64,000 nucleotides of DNA from Squalus acanthias (Eukaryota). The position numbers and the translations under genes are program-made. Below are positions 1 through 12,649 of this stretch, one piece after another; the first letter of the stretch is position 1, and every line of letters begins with the position of its first letter. Under the pieces are notes generated by a model, which ran no database searches, was not told where the DNA came from, and was given only the letters and a program-made list of their open reading frames with translations. The DNA is taken from contig CM059432.1 of NCBI GenBank assembly GCA_030390025.1, forward strand, positions 49,850,001 to 49,914,000, in the 5' to 3' direction.

Positions 1-1066
1 CGAGCTGGCACCTGCGCTATCCTTGCCCCCTGCCCAGGCTGCAGGTCACTCGTGCCCAGTGCCTCACCAGGTGCAGATCCTGCCTCTATGCTATCCTTTA
101 AATTACATGCAGTGTCAGTATCTGAGCTGGTGGCTGCGAGTGTGAAAAACGAGTGACGGTGTGTCTTCATCTTCACTATCTTCTTGGTCTTCCTCCACTA
201 CCTGGCCAGGTCGCAGTTCTTGGGTATCTGAAAGGACAAAGGCACAATGGTAAGGTTGTGGTGAGGGGAGAGGAGAAAGCAAGAGGTGCATGCTTACACC
301 ATCTACAGGTTGTAAATCAGAAGAGATTGTGGGATGAGATGAAAATGGGATGTGAGAAGGAGGTCTAGGTATGAAGATACCGTCATCTTCTATGGTTTCT
401 GCCCTGCCGTTGGCCACAACCTCAGCAATGGCCATCCCAATAGTGGCCAGCACCGTCTCCTCCATGGGGGTTAGGGGATGCAGGCGCACCTGTCCCTCGT
501 CGGTTAGCTCCTGCTGCCTCTGGTTGTGCGCCACCTTGTCCTGCAAGACAGAGGGAAGTGTGTCAGTGAGTGTAATGCAATCTGTTTGGCTGATGCGGCT
601 GTCATGGTTGAATAGCTGGCAGTGTGTGCAAGCTGTGAGATGTCGGTGTGAGGCTTGCAGCAGTGCTAAGTGTGTGAGGGTGAGGTGAAGCTATGAATGT
701 TAGGTATGAGTCCTGAATGATAGGGTAAGTTGTTAGGTGAGTGATAGGGGTGTGGAGCATTGAGCAGTGGCTGAGGCTAGTTGTGCAGTTGGTAGAGATA
801 TTGCATTTGAAGATGCATTCACTGACCTTGACCACTCGAGTGAGGTCATTGAACTTCTTATGCCACTGCATCCAGGTCCTCGTGGCTTGACTCCTGGCAT
901 TGGCTGCCATGGCTATCTGCTCCCATTGCCTTACAAGCATGTGTCTGGAGGGCTTCCTGGACCCCTGTGGATACAGCACATCTCTCCTCCTTTCCACCTC
1001 CTCCACCAAGACCTCCAGTGCAGTGTCAGAAAACCTTGGAGCCCGCTCTCTCCCCTATTGTGCCAT
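1..1066 (-). pseudogene. Myb/SANT-like Harbinger accessory gene, family 2 (exons ~1066-827, 540-381, 227-<1)
   Basis: Translation LVEEVERRRDVLYP...W...RTWMQWHKKFNDLTRVVK; GT-AG junctions match the other copies; premature TAG at codon 4. Confidence 0.8.
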
Positions 1067-1149
1067 TCCTCACTCTTTCCCAGGTCAGAATCTCTTCAAC
1101 CATGACTCCCAGCATCTGCTCCAGTCACAATGCACCTCCACTTTAAGAG

Positions 1150-1212
1150 GTGCAGGCTAGCTTTAAGCAGTGCAGGCTAGCTTTAAGCAGTGCAGGCTAG
1201 CTTTAAGTAGTG
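1150..1212. repeat. 20-bp tandem repeat x3 (GTGCAGGCTAGCTTTAAGCA) in the Harbinger promoter region
   Basis: Seen directly; single copy in the homologous region near 59140-59160. Confidence 0.9.
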
Positions 1213-1415
1213 CTAGCAAGGTACAATTTTGGGCCCTTGCTGCTGCGTGCAGCCAATCAACAGTGTGGTTAGCACTGGCTGCACACTGCAATCATGTTAA
1301 TCAGCAGGCAGCACAAAGTTGGTGTGCTACCTGCATTGGAAACAATGGACACGGGTTAATCACGCATCACGATCCCCGTGCCCATTTTTGGAGGGCTATC
1401 AAATTTAGCCCCCGG

Positions 1416-2580
1416 GTGTTAGCCTTGTCTCAGTGGTAGCACTCTTGCCTCTGAATCAGAAGATTATGGGTTCAAACCCCACTCCAGAGACTTGAGCACA
1501 TAATCTGGGTTAGACAGAGTGCTGCACTGTCAAAGGTGCTATTGTTTGGATGGGTCATTAAACTAAGGCATTGCCTGCCCTCTCTACGGCACTATTCAAA
1601 GAAGAGCCGGGATGTTCTCACAGTGTCCTGCTAACATTTATCACTCAACCAACTGTAAGACATTTAAATTCACCCTTGTCCTTTAACCCATCCAACAGTT
1701 TCCAAAGTTCAGACCCGTCAAACAGACAACACAAAACCCAATGAATCTGTGAAAAACTTCTTTTACTTAAAATCAGCAAGAGATTACAAGTACGCATCCA
1801 GCAGTTATGTAGCATATAATAATTCCCAATTATACCTCAGCATACACAGAGCTATCCCTTTACTTTAAGATCAAGCGATAATAAGCCAACTCTACATACA
1901 CACTAACACCAGCGAGTGGTCAATCCGACAGTGACTAGGCATATGATTTTTGGAAACTGACCAGGTCGCCCAGCTGCAGCAGCCCCGAGTGTCTTAAAAC
2001 AGCATCTCTTATCCCCTAAAAACCTGGGCAGGCCCCTCAATGCGTATGTGTTCCAAACTGTGACAAATGGTCAGCAGTTGTTTTCCTTTTCTTCTTATCA
2101 CCTAGTCAGTTAATCAGTGGGCCCCAAGGCCGCTCACACCATTTGCCTGATGATGTTCCTGTCTTTGTAACACCCAACAGTTTGTTCCTGCTCAGGGCCT
2201 GTCACTTCCTTATCTGATTAACAGCTTGCAGCCTTCACAGTTCACAGTCACAGCAGTTTATTTTACATTTGTTCAGCAGAAAGTCTCTTGGCCTCAAGGA
2301 ATGCTGGTACATTAAATTTGGTCAACTTTTAAGTTTGGTCAAGTTATAGTAAACTTTTACAGTAAATGATGTACTCTTACACAACATTATAAATAAACAT
2401 ATTATCTGGTCATTTATCTCATTGCTGTTTGTGGGACCTTCCTGTGTGCAAATTGGCTGTTGTGTTTCCCTACATTACAACACTAACTCTACTTTAAAAG
2501 TAACAAATTGGCTGTAAAGTGCTTTGAGATATCCTGAAGTCATGAAGGGTGTTATATAAGTGCAAGTTTTTTTCTTTCTT
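1416..2580 (+). mobile_element. tRNA-derived DeuSINE (SacSINE1/AmnSINE-like), interrupted by a solo LTR
   Basis: A/B-box-like head (CTCAGTGGTAGC...GGTTCAAACC) and Deu-like core (CATTGCTGTTTGTGGGA...AAATTGGCTG); colinear with the intact copy at 19923-20365. Confidence 0.8.
1654..2381. mobile_element. Solo LTR (728 bp)
   Basis: TGTAAGA...TCTTACA termini and 4-bp TSD CAAC (1650-1653, 2382-2385); removing it restores the SINE. Confidence 0.8.
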
Positions 2581-4187
2581 AACAAGAATGGTAGTCTGAA
2601 ATCATTGAACTCTGAAAAGAGACGAACAAATATAACTCTGGAGGTTATAAAACAAGCATGGAAAAATAGGGACTAGAGAATGTAAACCTCCGATTAAGTG
2701 CAAATCATTTAAATTTGTTAATTAGTGGAATAAACTACAATTGAGCACAGTGAATGCTAACTTAGTCAAAGCATTCAAAATGTTACTAATACAACAGGAA
2801 GTAGAGGGATACATGGTTAGCCCAGCTAGGAATTTGATAAAAGTGATCTCTCTTAATGGGCTGTGTATGCGGATCTAAATAGGTTTCAATGAAATAGGTT
2901 GATTTTGTTTTCTTTTATTTTCTTGCTACCCTGACCCAGGAATGTATGACTTATTGATTCAAATTCATAATCCTGTTCCAGGTTAATGCTACAAATAAGC
3001 ATACAATAATATTGACAACATAAGGTTTATTCTTGCCATTCCTGTCAGGGTAAGACTCTGGTCCCATAATCTGTATGCCATTTCTATTTTAAACAACTCT
3101 TTCTTTAAAACAGAATGTTTCTTCCTTACATTTGGCCACTGAACACACAGTCAAAAAACAGTGGCAGCTTTCTCTAGGACACCATCTTGTTTCCCTTAAG
3201 AGAATCATAACCTACTGAATCCTGTAGTTGTGCAGAGCTAAAACCATGCCCCGTCCTCATCCATGGACTTATATATAAAAATTGACAGCTTGAAGTATTT
3301 CAATTAAATTCCTGTTTGAAAAGTCTCTAAACAAACAGCAAGACTTTCTCTCATAATGAAATGTACGTTCATTGTCTACTGACACATTGCCTGAACCCAT
3401 CAGGCTCAGAGCTATGTTTTCCACCACATCACTCACTCTATTGATTGATAAGTTTTGATGAGCCGCAGGACATCCAGGATTCAAACTGTGAGCCTTTTTC
3501 ACAACATAAGACTTCAAAGCTGCTTTGCTGGCAAAAGTAATTACATTTGTATTCCAATTTGTCTTAACATTCTGTTTGCAATCTTAGTGCAAAGAGAAAT
3601 ATAACATTTAAAAGCAAAATTTATAGTTGTGCTGATAGGACAAATAAGAACAAGAAGCAAACTAAAATGAACTAAATGGTCATTTTGAAATAGTTTATGA
3701 ATACCTGAATTGATCTTCAAGTTGATCTTTTTGAGTTGATCCATCACAGAGCATGTTATTTGTGACTTTGATTGGGGCTGTTTCAGTGCTGTGGTGGGGC
3801 ATTCAAACATGGAGCTACCGGAAAGATGGGCATGGATCTTTGAGGCGATAACACGTTCAAGGACTTTGAAGAGGACAGGGAGGTTGGAGTTGGGTGGTAG
3901 TTTGCAATTCTCCGCTTCACTCCTACTCTGACCTCTCTGTCCTCGGCCTCTTGCACTGTTCCAACGAAGTTCAACGTAAGCTCGAGGAACAGCACCTCAT
4001 CTTTTGATTAGGCACATTACAGCCTTCTGGACTCATAATTGAGTTCAACACAGAAGTGCCAGGCAATGACTATTTCCAACAAGCGAGAGTCTAACCACTG
4101 CCCCTTAACATTCAACGGTATTACCATCCTGGCACCAGGGGTGGTTCTGCTGCACAGGACGGGAGGAAAAAGAGGGGTAGAGCTATA

Positions 4188-4680
4188 GTGATAGGGGATT
4201 CTATTGTAAGGGGAATAGATAGGCGTTTCTGCGGCCGCAAACGAGACTCCAGGATGGTGTGTTGCCTCCCTGGTGCAAGGGTCAAGCATGTCTCAGTGCG
4301 GCTGCAAAACATTTTGGAAGGGGAGGGTGAACAGCCAGTTGTCATGGTGCATATAGGTACCAACGATATAGGTAAAAAACGGGATGAGGTCCTAAAAGCT
4401 GAATATAGGGAGTTAGGAGATAAATTAAAAAATAGGACCTCAAAGGTAGTAATCTCAGGATTGCTACCAGTGCCACGTGCTAGTCAGAGTAGAAATAGAA
4501 GGATATTTCAGATGAATACGTGGCTAGAGGAATGGTGAGGGATTCAAATTCCTAGGACATTGGAACCGGTTCTGGGGGAGGTGGGACCAGTACAAATCGG
4601 ACGGTTTGCACCTGGGCAGGACCGGGGCCGATGTCCTTGGGGGAGTGTTTGCTAGTGCTCTGGGGGAGGGTTTAAACTAA
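4188..4680 (+). pseudogene. CR1 ORF1 fragment, SGNH/GDSL esterase-like domain
   Basis: IGDSIVRG and VHIGTND motifs; frameshift near 4535. Confidence 0.85.
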
Positions 4681-5218
4681 AATGGCAGGGGGTTGGGAAC
4701 CTGAGCAGGGAGACAGAGGAAAGGGAAACAAGAATAGAAGCAAAAGTCAGGAAGGAAAAAAACAAAGGTGTCAGTCAGAGAAATCAAGGGTTTAAATCAA
4801 ACGTGGCCACAGTAAAAAAAAAATTCTAAAAGGTCGAAGAGCGTTAAAAAAACAAGCCTGAAGGCTTTGGGGGAGAAATTCAGTATCGCCCCATTTGGGG
4901 CGCAATTATTGGCCGGGCGCAAAGATTAGCGCCTGGCGCTAATTATCGCCACCGACGGCAAACTTGACTTTTAACGCCCCTGGAGGTGATTGGAGCGCTA
5001 AATCAGGCGCTACACACCTGTCTTAAGGCGCATAGGCCGAGGAGCGAGGCGCTAACTCAGAGCCCGGGCGCAGCGCAGGTGCTGTCAGTTAGCGATGGAA
5101 CACAGACACACTGGCGCCGGACAGTTCTTAAAGGGGAGGGTCGATCTTGCACTCCAGCCACACCCTGCTCATTGGAGCCTTGAATCTCGGCCTGGAGAGA
5201 CCTGTGCCTAAATCTTCC

Positions 5219-7064
5219 ATGGAGAGGGTGAGAGAACGAGCTTCAGCGAGCGGGCCTTGGATGCTCTGGTTGGCGCGGTGGAGCGCAGAAGATCAATACT
5301 GTACCCAGAGAGTGGCAGGAGGCCTTTGCCGCGTGAGTACAGAAGAGTGTGGAGGGAGGTGGCTCAGAGCGTCTCCTGCAGGAGCATGGTGCCCAGGACC
5401 CATGTACAATGTCGGAAAAAGTTCAACGACCTCACTCGGGTCGTCAGGGTGAGTGGCTTTTTTTCAATACCTCTCCATCCCTCCATCTCAACCTCACTCT
5501 ATGGCCAGAGGGTCTTAAAACCCCAATGCACAACACTCATCCAACACCTATGGCCCTCTCATGAAACACACATGCACATTCCACACTATGCATACAGTAA
5601 GGGCTATTCACCTATGGGAGGCACATCAGGCAAGACCATGGCTGCATACAGTAAGGGCTATTCAACTATGGGAGGCACATCAGGCAAGACCATGGCTGCA
5701 TACAGTAAGGGCTATTCACCTATGGGAGGCACATCAGGCAAGACCATGGCTGTATATTTACTCAGACGCCGTCCTTTTTCTTGCAGGCCAAGCTGTCTCA
5801 TAATAGGAGACAGCAGCAACGGACGGGTGGAGGGCGGCCTCAGCTGCAACCCCTCAGCGATCTTGAGGCGTGCGTCCACAGGATTGTGGCAAGCCGGGTG
5901 ATCGGTCCCGTCGCCACTGGAGACGCCGACCCCGTTCTGGACAGCAATGGTAAGGTCATCACCTTTTTGTCCTCTGTCCTTCCACTTGTCCCTCACAACA
6001 CCAGCCTTTGACACTTTCAATCCAACTTACTAAATCGCTGCACTCATTCCTCCTTTACTGCCACCCTGTCCTCATGCTAAAGCCACTCTTGTACCTCCCT
6101 GCTTTCAGATGGTGATTCACCAGCTGAGGAGACGGGCCTTCAAGCTGACCGTGGGAGTGAAGCTGCAGGCGAGGAGGAAGATGAAGGTGGAGCATCAGTG
6201 CCACCCTCTCCCGAGGAAGCCCATGCCCACACTGGGAACACGCCTTCCCTGGAGGGGAGCAGGGGGGAAGGGTCTGATGAGGGTGAAGCTCCAGGACCCA
6301 GCGGGCTGCAGCAACGCTATGGGGGTAGGGAAGCTCAGGGGCCTTCTCCCCGGAGGGAGAGTAGGCCAGCGAGTCCTGCTGCACTGGACGCAGAGGAGGA
6401 GCGGCTCATCGCTGAAATGAACACCCAGGCGGTGGACATGCACACTGAGCTCATGGGTGCAGTGGGAAGGGTGCCCGAATGCATTGAATCACTGGCAAGG
6501 AGTGTGGAGCACTTCGCTGTAGCACAGGCGGATGCCACGCTAAAGCTTAGTGCTGCAATTCAGTCTCAGACTGCTGTCATGCAGACTCAGATTGAGGCCA
6601 TGCGAGCACTGACTGCTGCCATCCTCGATGGTTCATACACATTTCCCCGGGGCTCTCACCGCGCCGCAGCAGGCCAGCAATCTGTGCTCCAGCAGATTGC
6701 TCCGGATGCTGAAGTGCTGCCCCGTGGGAGTGCCAGTGTGTCGGTCGAGCAGGGAGTTGCTGTCCTCTCTCAAGATGACAGCATTCCTGCTGCCACCACT
6801 GTCACTTCTCCACTGCACTTGCCACCGCCTGTAGGACAGACTGCTGCCGCCCATGCAGAGTTGGTGCAGTCTGCAGCCGGGCCCTCCAGGCCCAGAGCTG
6901 GTCGAGGCCGTCCTTCAAGGGCATCTGCAGTCTCAGGTTATGAGAATCAGCAGCCTTCCACCAGTCTTGCTGCAGCCACTGAGGTCCCATTACGGAGGAG
7001 CAGTAGGGTGGGAAGGGGGGAAGTGCGCAAGGGAAGGAGATCACCCTCGAAGGGCAAAAAGTAG
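5219..7064 (+). pseudogene. Myb/SANT-like accessory gene of copy A (exons 5219-5448, 5787-5949, 6109-7064)
   Basis: W...RTHVQCRKKFNDL Myb/SANT-like motif and RTGGG motif; canonical GT-AG; 7-bp deletion in exon 1 relative to B/C gives a frameshift; exon 3 is open. Confidence 0.85.
5591..5752 (+). repeat. 54-bp tandem repeat x3 in intron 1 of the Myb-like gene
   Basis: Unit CATACAGTAAGGGCTATTCACCTATGGGAGGCACATCAGGCAAGACCATGGCTG. Confidence 0.95.
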
Positions 7065-7375
7065 GAGGTGTGACAAAATGTTTGTCAATTTTTTATTAAA
7101 GGCCGAGGTTCGTGTTTAAACTTTTGTTTAGTGTTTTGGACATTATCTCCAGGTTGTGAGAACCAGTTATGTTAATGACTGTTTTTTTGTATTTCTTTCT
7201 ATTAGTTTGTCATGAAGAAATGACACACACAGAGTTTGTAAAATAAATAAGTTTTTATATTCAAAATGTACATGTTTGGTCTTTGGAATCATTACTGCCT
7301 TGGCCGGCTTAGGGGTTGCGGGTTGGTTTCATTCATGTTGTTCTCAATGGCAGAAGCCATTTCCTCAGCAGGGGC

Positions 7376-7474
7376 CTAGAAGCGGCTTGCTATCAGCCGT
7401 TGACGGACGGCCCTTGCAGTTTCACCATTGTGGGCCGCCCTCCCGCCTTGGTGCTGCTGATGATCATCCTTCTC

Positions 7475-7505
<31 letters not shown>

Positions 7506-8536
7506 GGTGGTGCTCCAAGGTCTGGTGGCATTGGCTGGGTCCTGAGGATTGCCATGTTATGCAGCATGCAGCACACAACTACGAAGTGGGAAACTCGCTC
7601 AGGCGAGTATTGCAGGGCTCCTCCAGAATGGTCCAGACAGCGGAACCATTGCTTCAGCACGCCGATTGTGTGCTCAACGATGTTCCTGGTAGCTTGATGG
7701 CTCTCGTTGTACCGCAGCTCAGCAGGGGTGTTGGGCGTACGGAGCGGTGTCATCAGCCAGGTGCTCAGTGGATACCCCTTGTCCCCGAGAAGCCAACCAA
7801 CTGGCTGATGCGGTGCCTCGAAAAGTTCTGGCACAGTAGTCTGGCGCAGGATGAAAGCATCGTGGCAGCTGCCAGGATAGTGGGCATTGACAGCGAGTAT
7901 CAGCTGTCTGTGGTCACAGACCAACTGAACATTCAAGGAATGGAACCCCTTTCTGTTCCGGAAATCCTCGCCATTCACATGCGGAGCACGCAAAGCCACA
8001 TGCGTGCAGTCAATGACGCCCTGCACCATGGGGAAGCCCGCTATCCTGGCAAAGCCCAGAGTGCGTTCATGCTGCTTGTCTAGGGTCATGGGGAAAGAGA
8101 TGTACTCTCGTCTCCTTTTAAAGAGGGCATTTGTGACGTGACGGATGCAGCAATGCACCGCGAACTGGGAGATATTGGCGATGTCCCCAGCAGCAGATTG
8201 AAATGAGCCAGTAGCATAAAAGTTCAGAGCCACTGTAATCTTCACTGCCACCGACAGAGACATCCTGGACCTCAGTTGAGGCTGCAGATCTGGCTGCAGC
8301 AGGTGGCAGAGCTCAGTGACCACCTCCTTGCTGAAGCGCAGCCTTCGCAAACACTGCTCCTCAGACATATGAATGTAGGAGAGCTGTTCACGATATACCC
8401 TGGGAGGGTAAGCTCTCCTGTACAGACGCCTGTTGACCCTCCTCCGTCTGGCCATCATTGCCACTCTCTCTCTGCGTCTCTGTGTCCTCCGATTCAGCTG
8501 GCGCAGGACGACGCCCCCAATCAGTGCAGCCCCCAT
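7376..8536 (-). CDS. Harbinger DDE transposase (HARBI1-like), 386 aa, intact
   Basis: [36 protein letters not shown] and CCMLHN motifs; acidic C-terminus. Confidence 0.95.
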
Positions 8537-9048
8537 AGTCTCTTAGCAAGCAAAGTTATGAAGGCCAAAAACCAAAGTACCTGCCAAGTTATGATCAGTA
8601 GCCAAAAGTACCTCACACAGCGTTGACTCAATGCAGAAGTCTCCCTTTCTCTCTCTCCGAATCTCTCTCTCTCTCAGAACGAGTGGTGCAAAAATGTCAA
8701 CCACAGAGAAAGACAGGAAGAGGCCCCCTTTAAATAGCGCCCCCCCCAGCCCCACAGCGACTGATAGCATTCCAGTCTTCTGGTCGTTGGATGTGCCAGG
8801 CGGAAAGGATGGGGGCGCCACTCAATTTCCGCTCCGGGGCGCCACAAGGGCGTTGCACCCTCGTATGACGTCAAGATCTGCGTGCGCAGGAGATCGCGGC
8901 GGTAAATTTTAGCGCCGCCGCAAAATGTCTAGTTAAGTTTGCGAGCGGCGCAAACATCGCTGCGCCCAGGCGCTAGCTGCTTTGCGCCCCATTAGTGCCC
9001 TCTTAAGGCGCTAACGGGAGGCGCAACCAACTGAATTTTTCCCCCTTT

Positions 9049-11844
9049 GTGTCTTAATGCGAGGAGCATTCATAATAAGGTGGATGAATTAGCTGCGCAA
9101 ATAGAGGTAAACAAATATGATATGATTGGGATTACGGAAACATGGCTCCAGGGTGACCAAGGCTGGGAACTCAACATACAGGGGTATTCAATATTCAGGA
9201 AAGATAGGCAAAAAGGAAAAGGAGGTGGGGTAGCATTGCTGGTTAAAGAGGGGATTAACACAATTGTAAGGAAAGATATTAGCTCTGATGATGTGGAATC
9301 TGTATGGGTAGAACTGAGAAATACCAAGGGGCTGAAAACGCTAGTGGGAGTGGTGTATAGACCCCCAAACAGTAATACGGAGGTTGGGGATGGCATTAAA
9401 AGGGAAATTAGAGAAGCGTGCAATAAGAGCACAGCAGTTATCATGGGCGACTTTAATCTACATATAGATTGGGCTAACCAAATTAGTAACAATACTGTGG
9501 AGGAGAATTCCTGGAGTGTATACGGGATGGTTTCCTGGAACAATATGTCGAGGAACCAACTAGAGATCAGGCCATCTTAGACTGGGTATTATGTAATGAG
9601 AAAGGATTAATTAGCAATCTTGTTGTGCGAGGCCCCTTGGGTCAGAGCGATCATAATATGATCGAATTCTTCATTAAGATGGAGAGTGAAGTAGTTGACT
9701 CAGAGACTAGGGTCCTGAATTTAAATAAAGGAAACTACGATGGTATGAGGCGCGAGTTGGGTAGGATTGATTGGGGAATGTCACTCAAAGGGTTGACGGT
9801 GGAGAGGCAATGGCAAGCATTCAAAGATCGCATGAATGAACTACAGAATTTGTTCATCCCAGTTTGGCATAAAAATAAAACAACAAAGGTGACTCAACCG
9901 TGGCTAACAAAGGAAATTAGGGATAGCATAAGATCCAAGGAAAGGACATATAAATTGGCCAGAAAAAGCAGAAAACCTGAGGATTGGGAGCAGTATAGGA
10001 TTCAGCAAAGAAGGACAAAGGGATTAATTAAGAGGGGGAAAATAGAGTATGAGAGTAAGCTTGCGAGGAACATAAAAACTGACTGTAAAAGCTTTTACAG
10101 ATATGTGAAGAGAAAAAGATTGGTGAAGTCAAGCGTAGGTCCCTTGCAGTCAGAATCAGGGGAATTTATAATGGGGAACAAAGAAATGGCAGACCAATTA
10201 AATACATACTTTGGTTCTGTCTTCACAAAGGAGGACACAAATAACCTCCCAGAGATGTCGGGGAACATAGGGTCTAATGAGAGGGAGGAACTGAAAGAAA
10301 TCAGTATTTGTAGGGAAATAGTGTTAGGGAAATTGATGGGATTGAAGGCCGATAAATCCCCAAGGCCTGATAATCTACATCCTAGGGTACTTAAGGAAGT
10401 TGCCCTAGAAATAGTAGATGCATTGCTGGTCATCTTCCAAAATTCTATAGACTCTGGAACAGCACCCATGGATTGGAGGGTAGCTAATGTTACCCCACTA
10501 TTCAAAAAAGGTGGTAGAGAGAAATCGGGGAATTATAGACCAGTAAGCCTGACATCGGTAGTGGGGAAAATGCTAGAGTCCATTATAAAAGATGTAATCG
10601 CAGAGCACTTGGAAAACAGTGACAGGATCGGACAAAGTCAACATGGATTTACAAAAGGCAAATCATGCTTGACTAATCTACTGGAATTTTTTGAGGATGT
10701 AACTGGTAAAATGGATAAGGGAGAACCAGTGGATGTGGTGTATTTGGACTTTCAGAAGGCTTTCGATAAGGTCCAGCATAAGAGATTAGCGTGTAAAGTT
10801 AAGGCACATGGGATTGGGGGCAAGGTATTGACTTGGATAGAGAACTGGTTGGCAGACAGAAAGCAAAGAGTTGGAATAAATGGGTCTTTTTCCAAGTGGC
10901 AGGCGGTGACTAGTGGGGTACTGCAGGGATCGGTCCTAGGACTCCAGCTATTCACAATATATATTAATGATCTGGACGATGGAATTGGATGTAATATCTC
11001 CAAGTTTGCAGACGACACAAAGCTGGGTGGGAGTGTGTGCCATGAGGAGGATGCCGAGAAACTCCAGTATGATTTGGACAGGTTGGGTGATTGGGCAGAA
11101 GCATGGCAGATGCAATATAATGTGGATAAATGCGAGGTTATCCACTTTGGTGTCAAAAACAGGAAGGCAGATTATTATCTGACTGGCAATAGATTGGGAG
11201 AAGGGGAAGTGCAACGAGACCTGGGTGTCCTTGTGCACCAGTCGCTGAAGGTAAGCATGCAGGTGCAGCAGGCGGTTAAGAAGGCAAATGGTATGTTGGC
11301 CTTCGTAGCGAAAGGGTTCGAGTACAGGAACAAGGATGTCTTGCTGCAGTTGTACAGGGCCTTGGTGAGACCACATCTTGAGTATTGTGTGCAGTTTTGG
11401 TCACCTTATCTGAGGAAGGATGTTCTTGCCGTGGAGGGAGTGCAGCGAAGATTCACCAGGCTGATACCCGGGATGGCAGGACTAGCATATGAGGAGAGAT
11501 TGAGTCGATTGGGCTTATACTCACTGGAGTTTAGAAGAATGAGAGGGGATCTCATTGAAACGTATAAAATTCTAACAGGACTAGACAGACTAGATGCAGG
11601 AAGGATGTTCCCGATGGCCGGGGAGTCCAGAACCAGGGGTCACAGTCTAAGGATAAGGGGTAAGCCATTTAGGACTGAGATGAGGAGGAATTTCTTCACC
11701 CAGAGAGTGGTGAACCTGTGGAATTCTCTACCACAGAAGGCAGTAGAGGCCAATTCATTAAATATATTCAAGAAGGAGTTAGATATATTTCTTAAAACTA
11801 AAGGGATCAAGGGATATGGAGAGAAGGCAGGGACAGGGTACTGA
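9049..11844 (+). pseudogene. CR1 ORF2 (APE endonuclease plus reverse transcriptase), one frameshift near 9505
   Basis: CLNARS, ITETW and GDFN (EN); YRPVSLTS, LDFQKAFDKV, QGSVLG and FADD (RT). Confidence 0.92.
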
Positions 11845-12649
11845 ATTTGGATGATCAGCCATGATCTCATTGAATGGCGGAGCAGGCTCGAGGGGCTGAA
11901 TGGCCTACTCCTGCTCCTATCTTCTATGTTTCTATGTTTCTATGAATCCCCCTCCATCAACATCCTGGGGGTCACCATTGACCAGCAACAAAAATGCTGT
12001 GGCAACAAGAGCAGGTCAGCAGTTAGGTATTCTGCGGCGAGTGTCTCACCTCCTGACTCCCCAAAGCCTTTCCACCATCTACAAGGCACAAGTAAGGAGT
12101 TTGATGGAATACTCTCCACTTGCCTGGATGAGTGCAGCTCCAACAACACTCAAGAAGCTCGACACCATCCAGGACAAAGCAGCCCGCTTGATCGACACCC
12201 CATCCACCACCTTAACCATTCACTCCCTCCACCACCGGTGTACCGTGACTGCAGTGTGTACCATCTACAAGATGCGCTGCAGCAACTCGCCAAGGCTTCT
12301 TCGGCAGCAACTCCCAAACCCGCGACCTCTTCCACCTAAAAGGACAAGGGCAGCAGGTGCATGTGAACACCACCACCTCCAAGTTCCGCTTCCAATCACA
12401 TACCATCCTGACTTAGAAGTATATCGCCGATCCTTCATCGTCGCTGGGTCAAAATCCTGGAACTCCTTACCTAACAGCACTGTGGGAGTACCTTCACCAC
12501 ACGGACTGCAGCGGTTCAAGGAGGCGGCTCACCATCAAGGGCAATTAGGGATGGGCAATAAATGCTGACCTTGCCAGCGACGCCCACATCCCATAAACAA
12601 ATTAAAAAAAAATTTCAGACCTTAACCTCTGCCCCTATTTTTTCAGATG

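Larger units (their letters stand above)
1..1412 (-). mobile_element. Harbinger family 2 copy (Myb-gene end; runs off the window)
   Basis: Terminus AATTTAGCCCC (GGGGCTAAATT on minus) ending ~1412; colinear with the copy at 58939-62690. Confidence 0.8.
4869..9045. mobile_element. PIF/Harbinger transposon family 1, copy A (4177 bp; opposite orientation to B and C)
   Basis: TIR GGGGGAGAAATTCAG / CTGAATTTTTCCCCC; TSD TTT (4866-68, 9046-48); removal restores the CR1 frame SLKALCLNARS. Confidence 0.95.
4129..11943 (+). mobile_element. 5'-truncated CR1 LINE interrupted by Harbinger copy A
   Basis: ORF1 esterase fragment, ORF2 EN-RT, 3' stem-loop UTR and (CTATGTTT)n tail at ~11924-11943. Confidence 0.92.
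4048..12610 (+). mobile_element. 3' part of the second LINE family (tRNA-headed), split by CR1 (4048-4128 and 11944-12610)
   Basis: The two pieces join to match the contiguous copies near 48090-48668 and 55385-56160; RT C-terminal ORF at 11900-12568; A-rich tail. Confidence 0.8.

Noticed and set aside
5591..5752. 54-bp array as a CRISPR-like or guide-RNA array
   Set aside because: Units are near-identical along their whole length with no unique spacers, in a eukaryotic context.
7316..8083. 255-268-aa ORFs antisense to the transposase (also 15470-16276 and 30216-31022)
   Set aside because: Shadow frames of a GC-rich CDS; starts and stops differ between copies and there are no recognisable motifs.
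7376..8536. Domesticated host HARBI1 or NAIF1 genes
   Set aside because: Multi-copy and bounded by TIRs and TSDs, so these are transposon genes.
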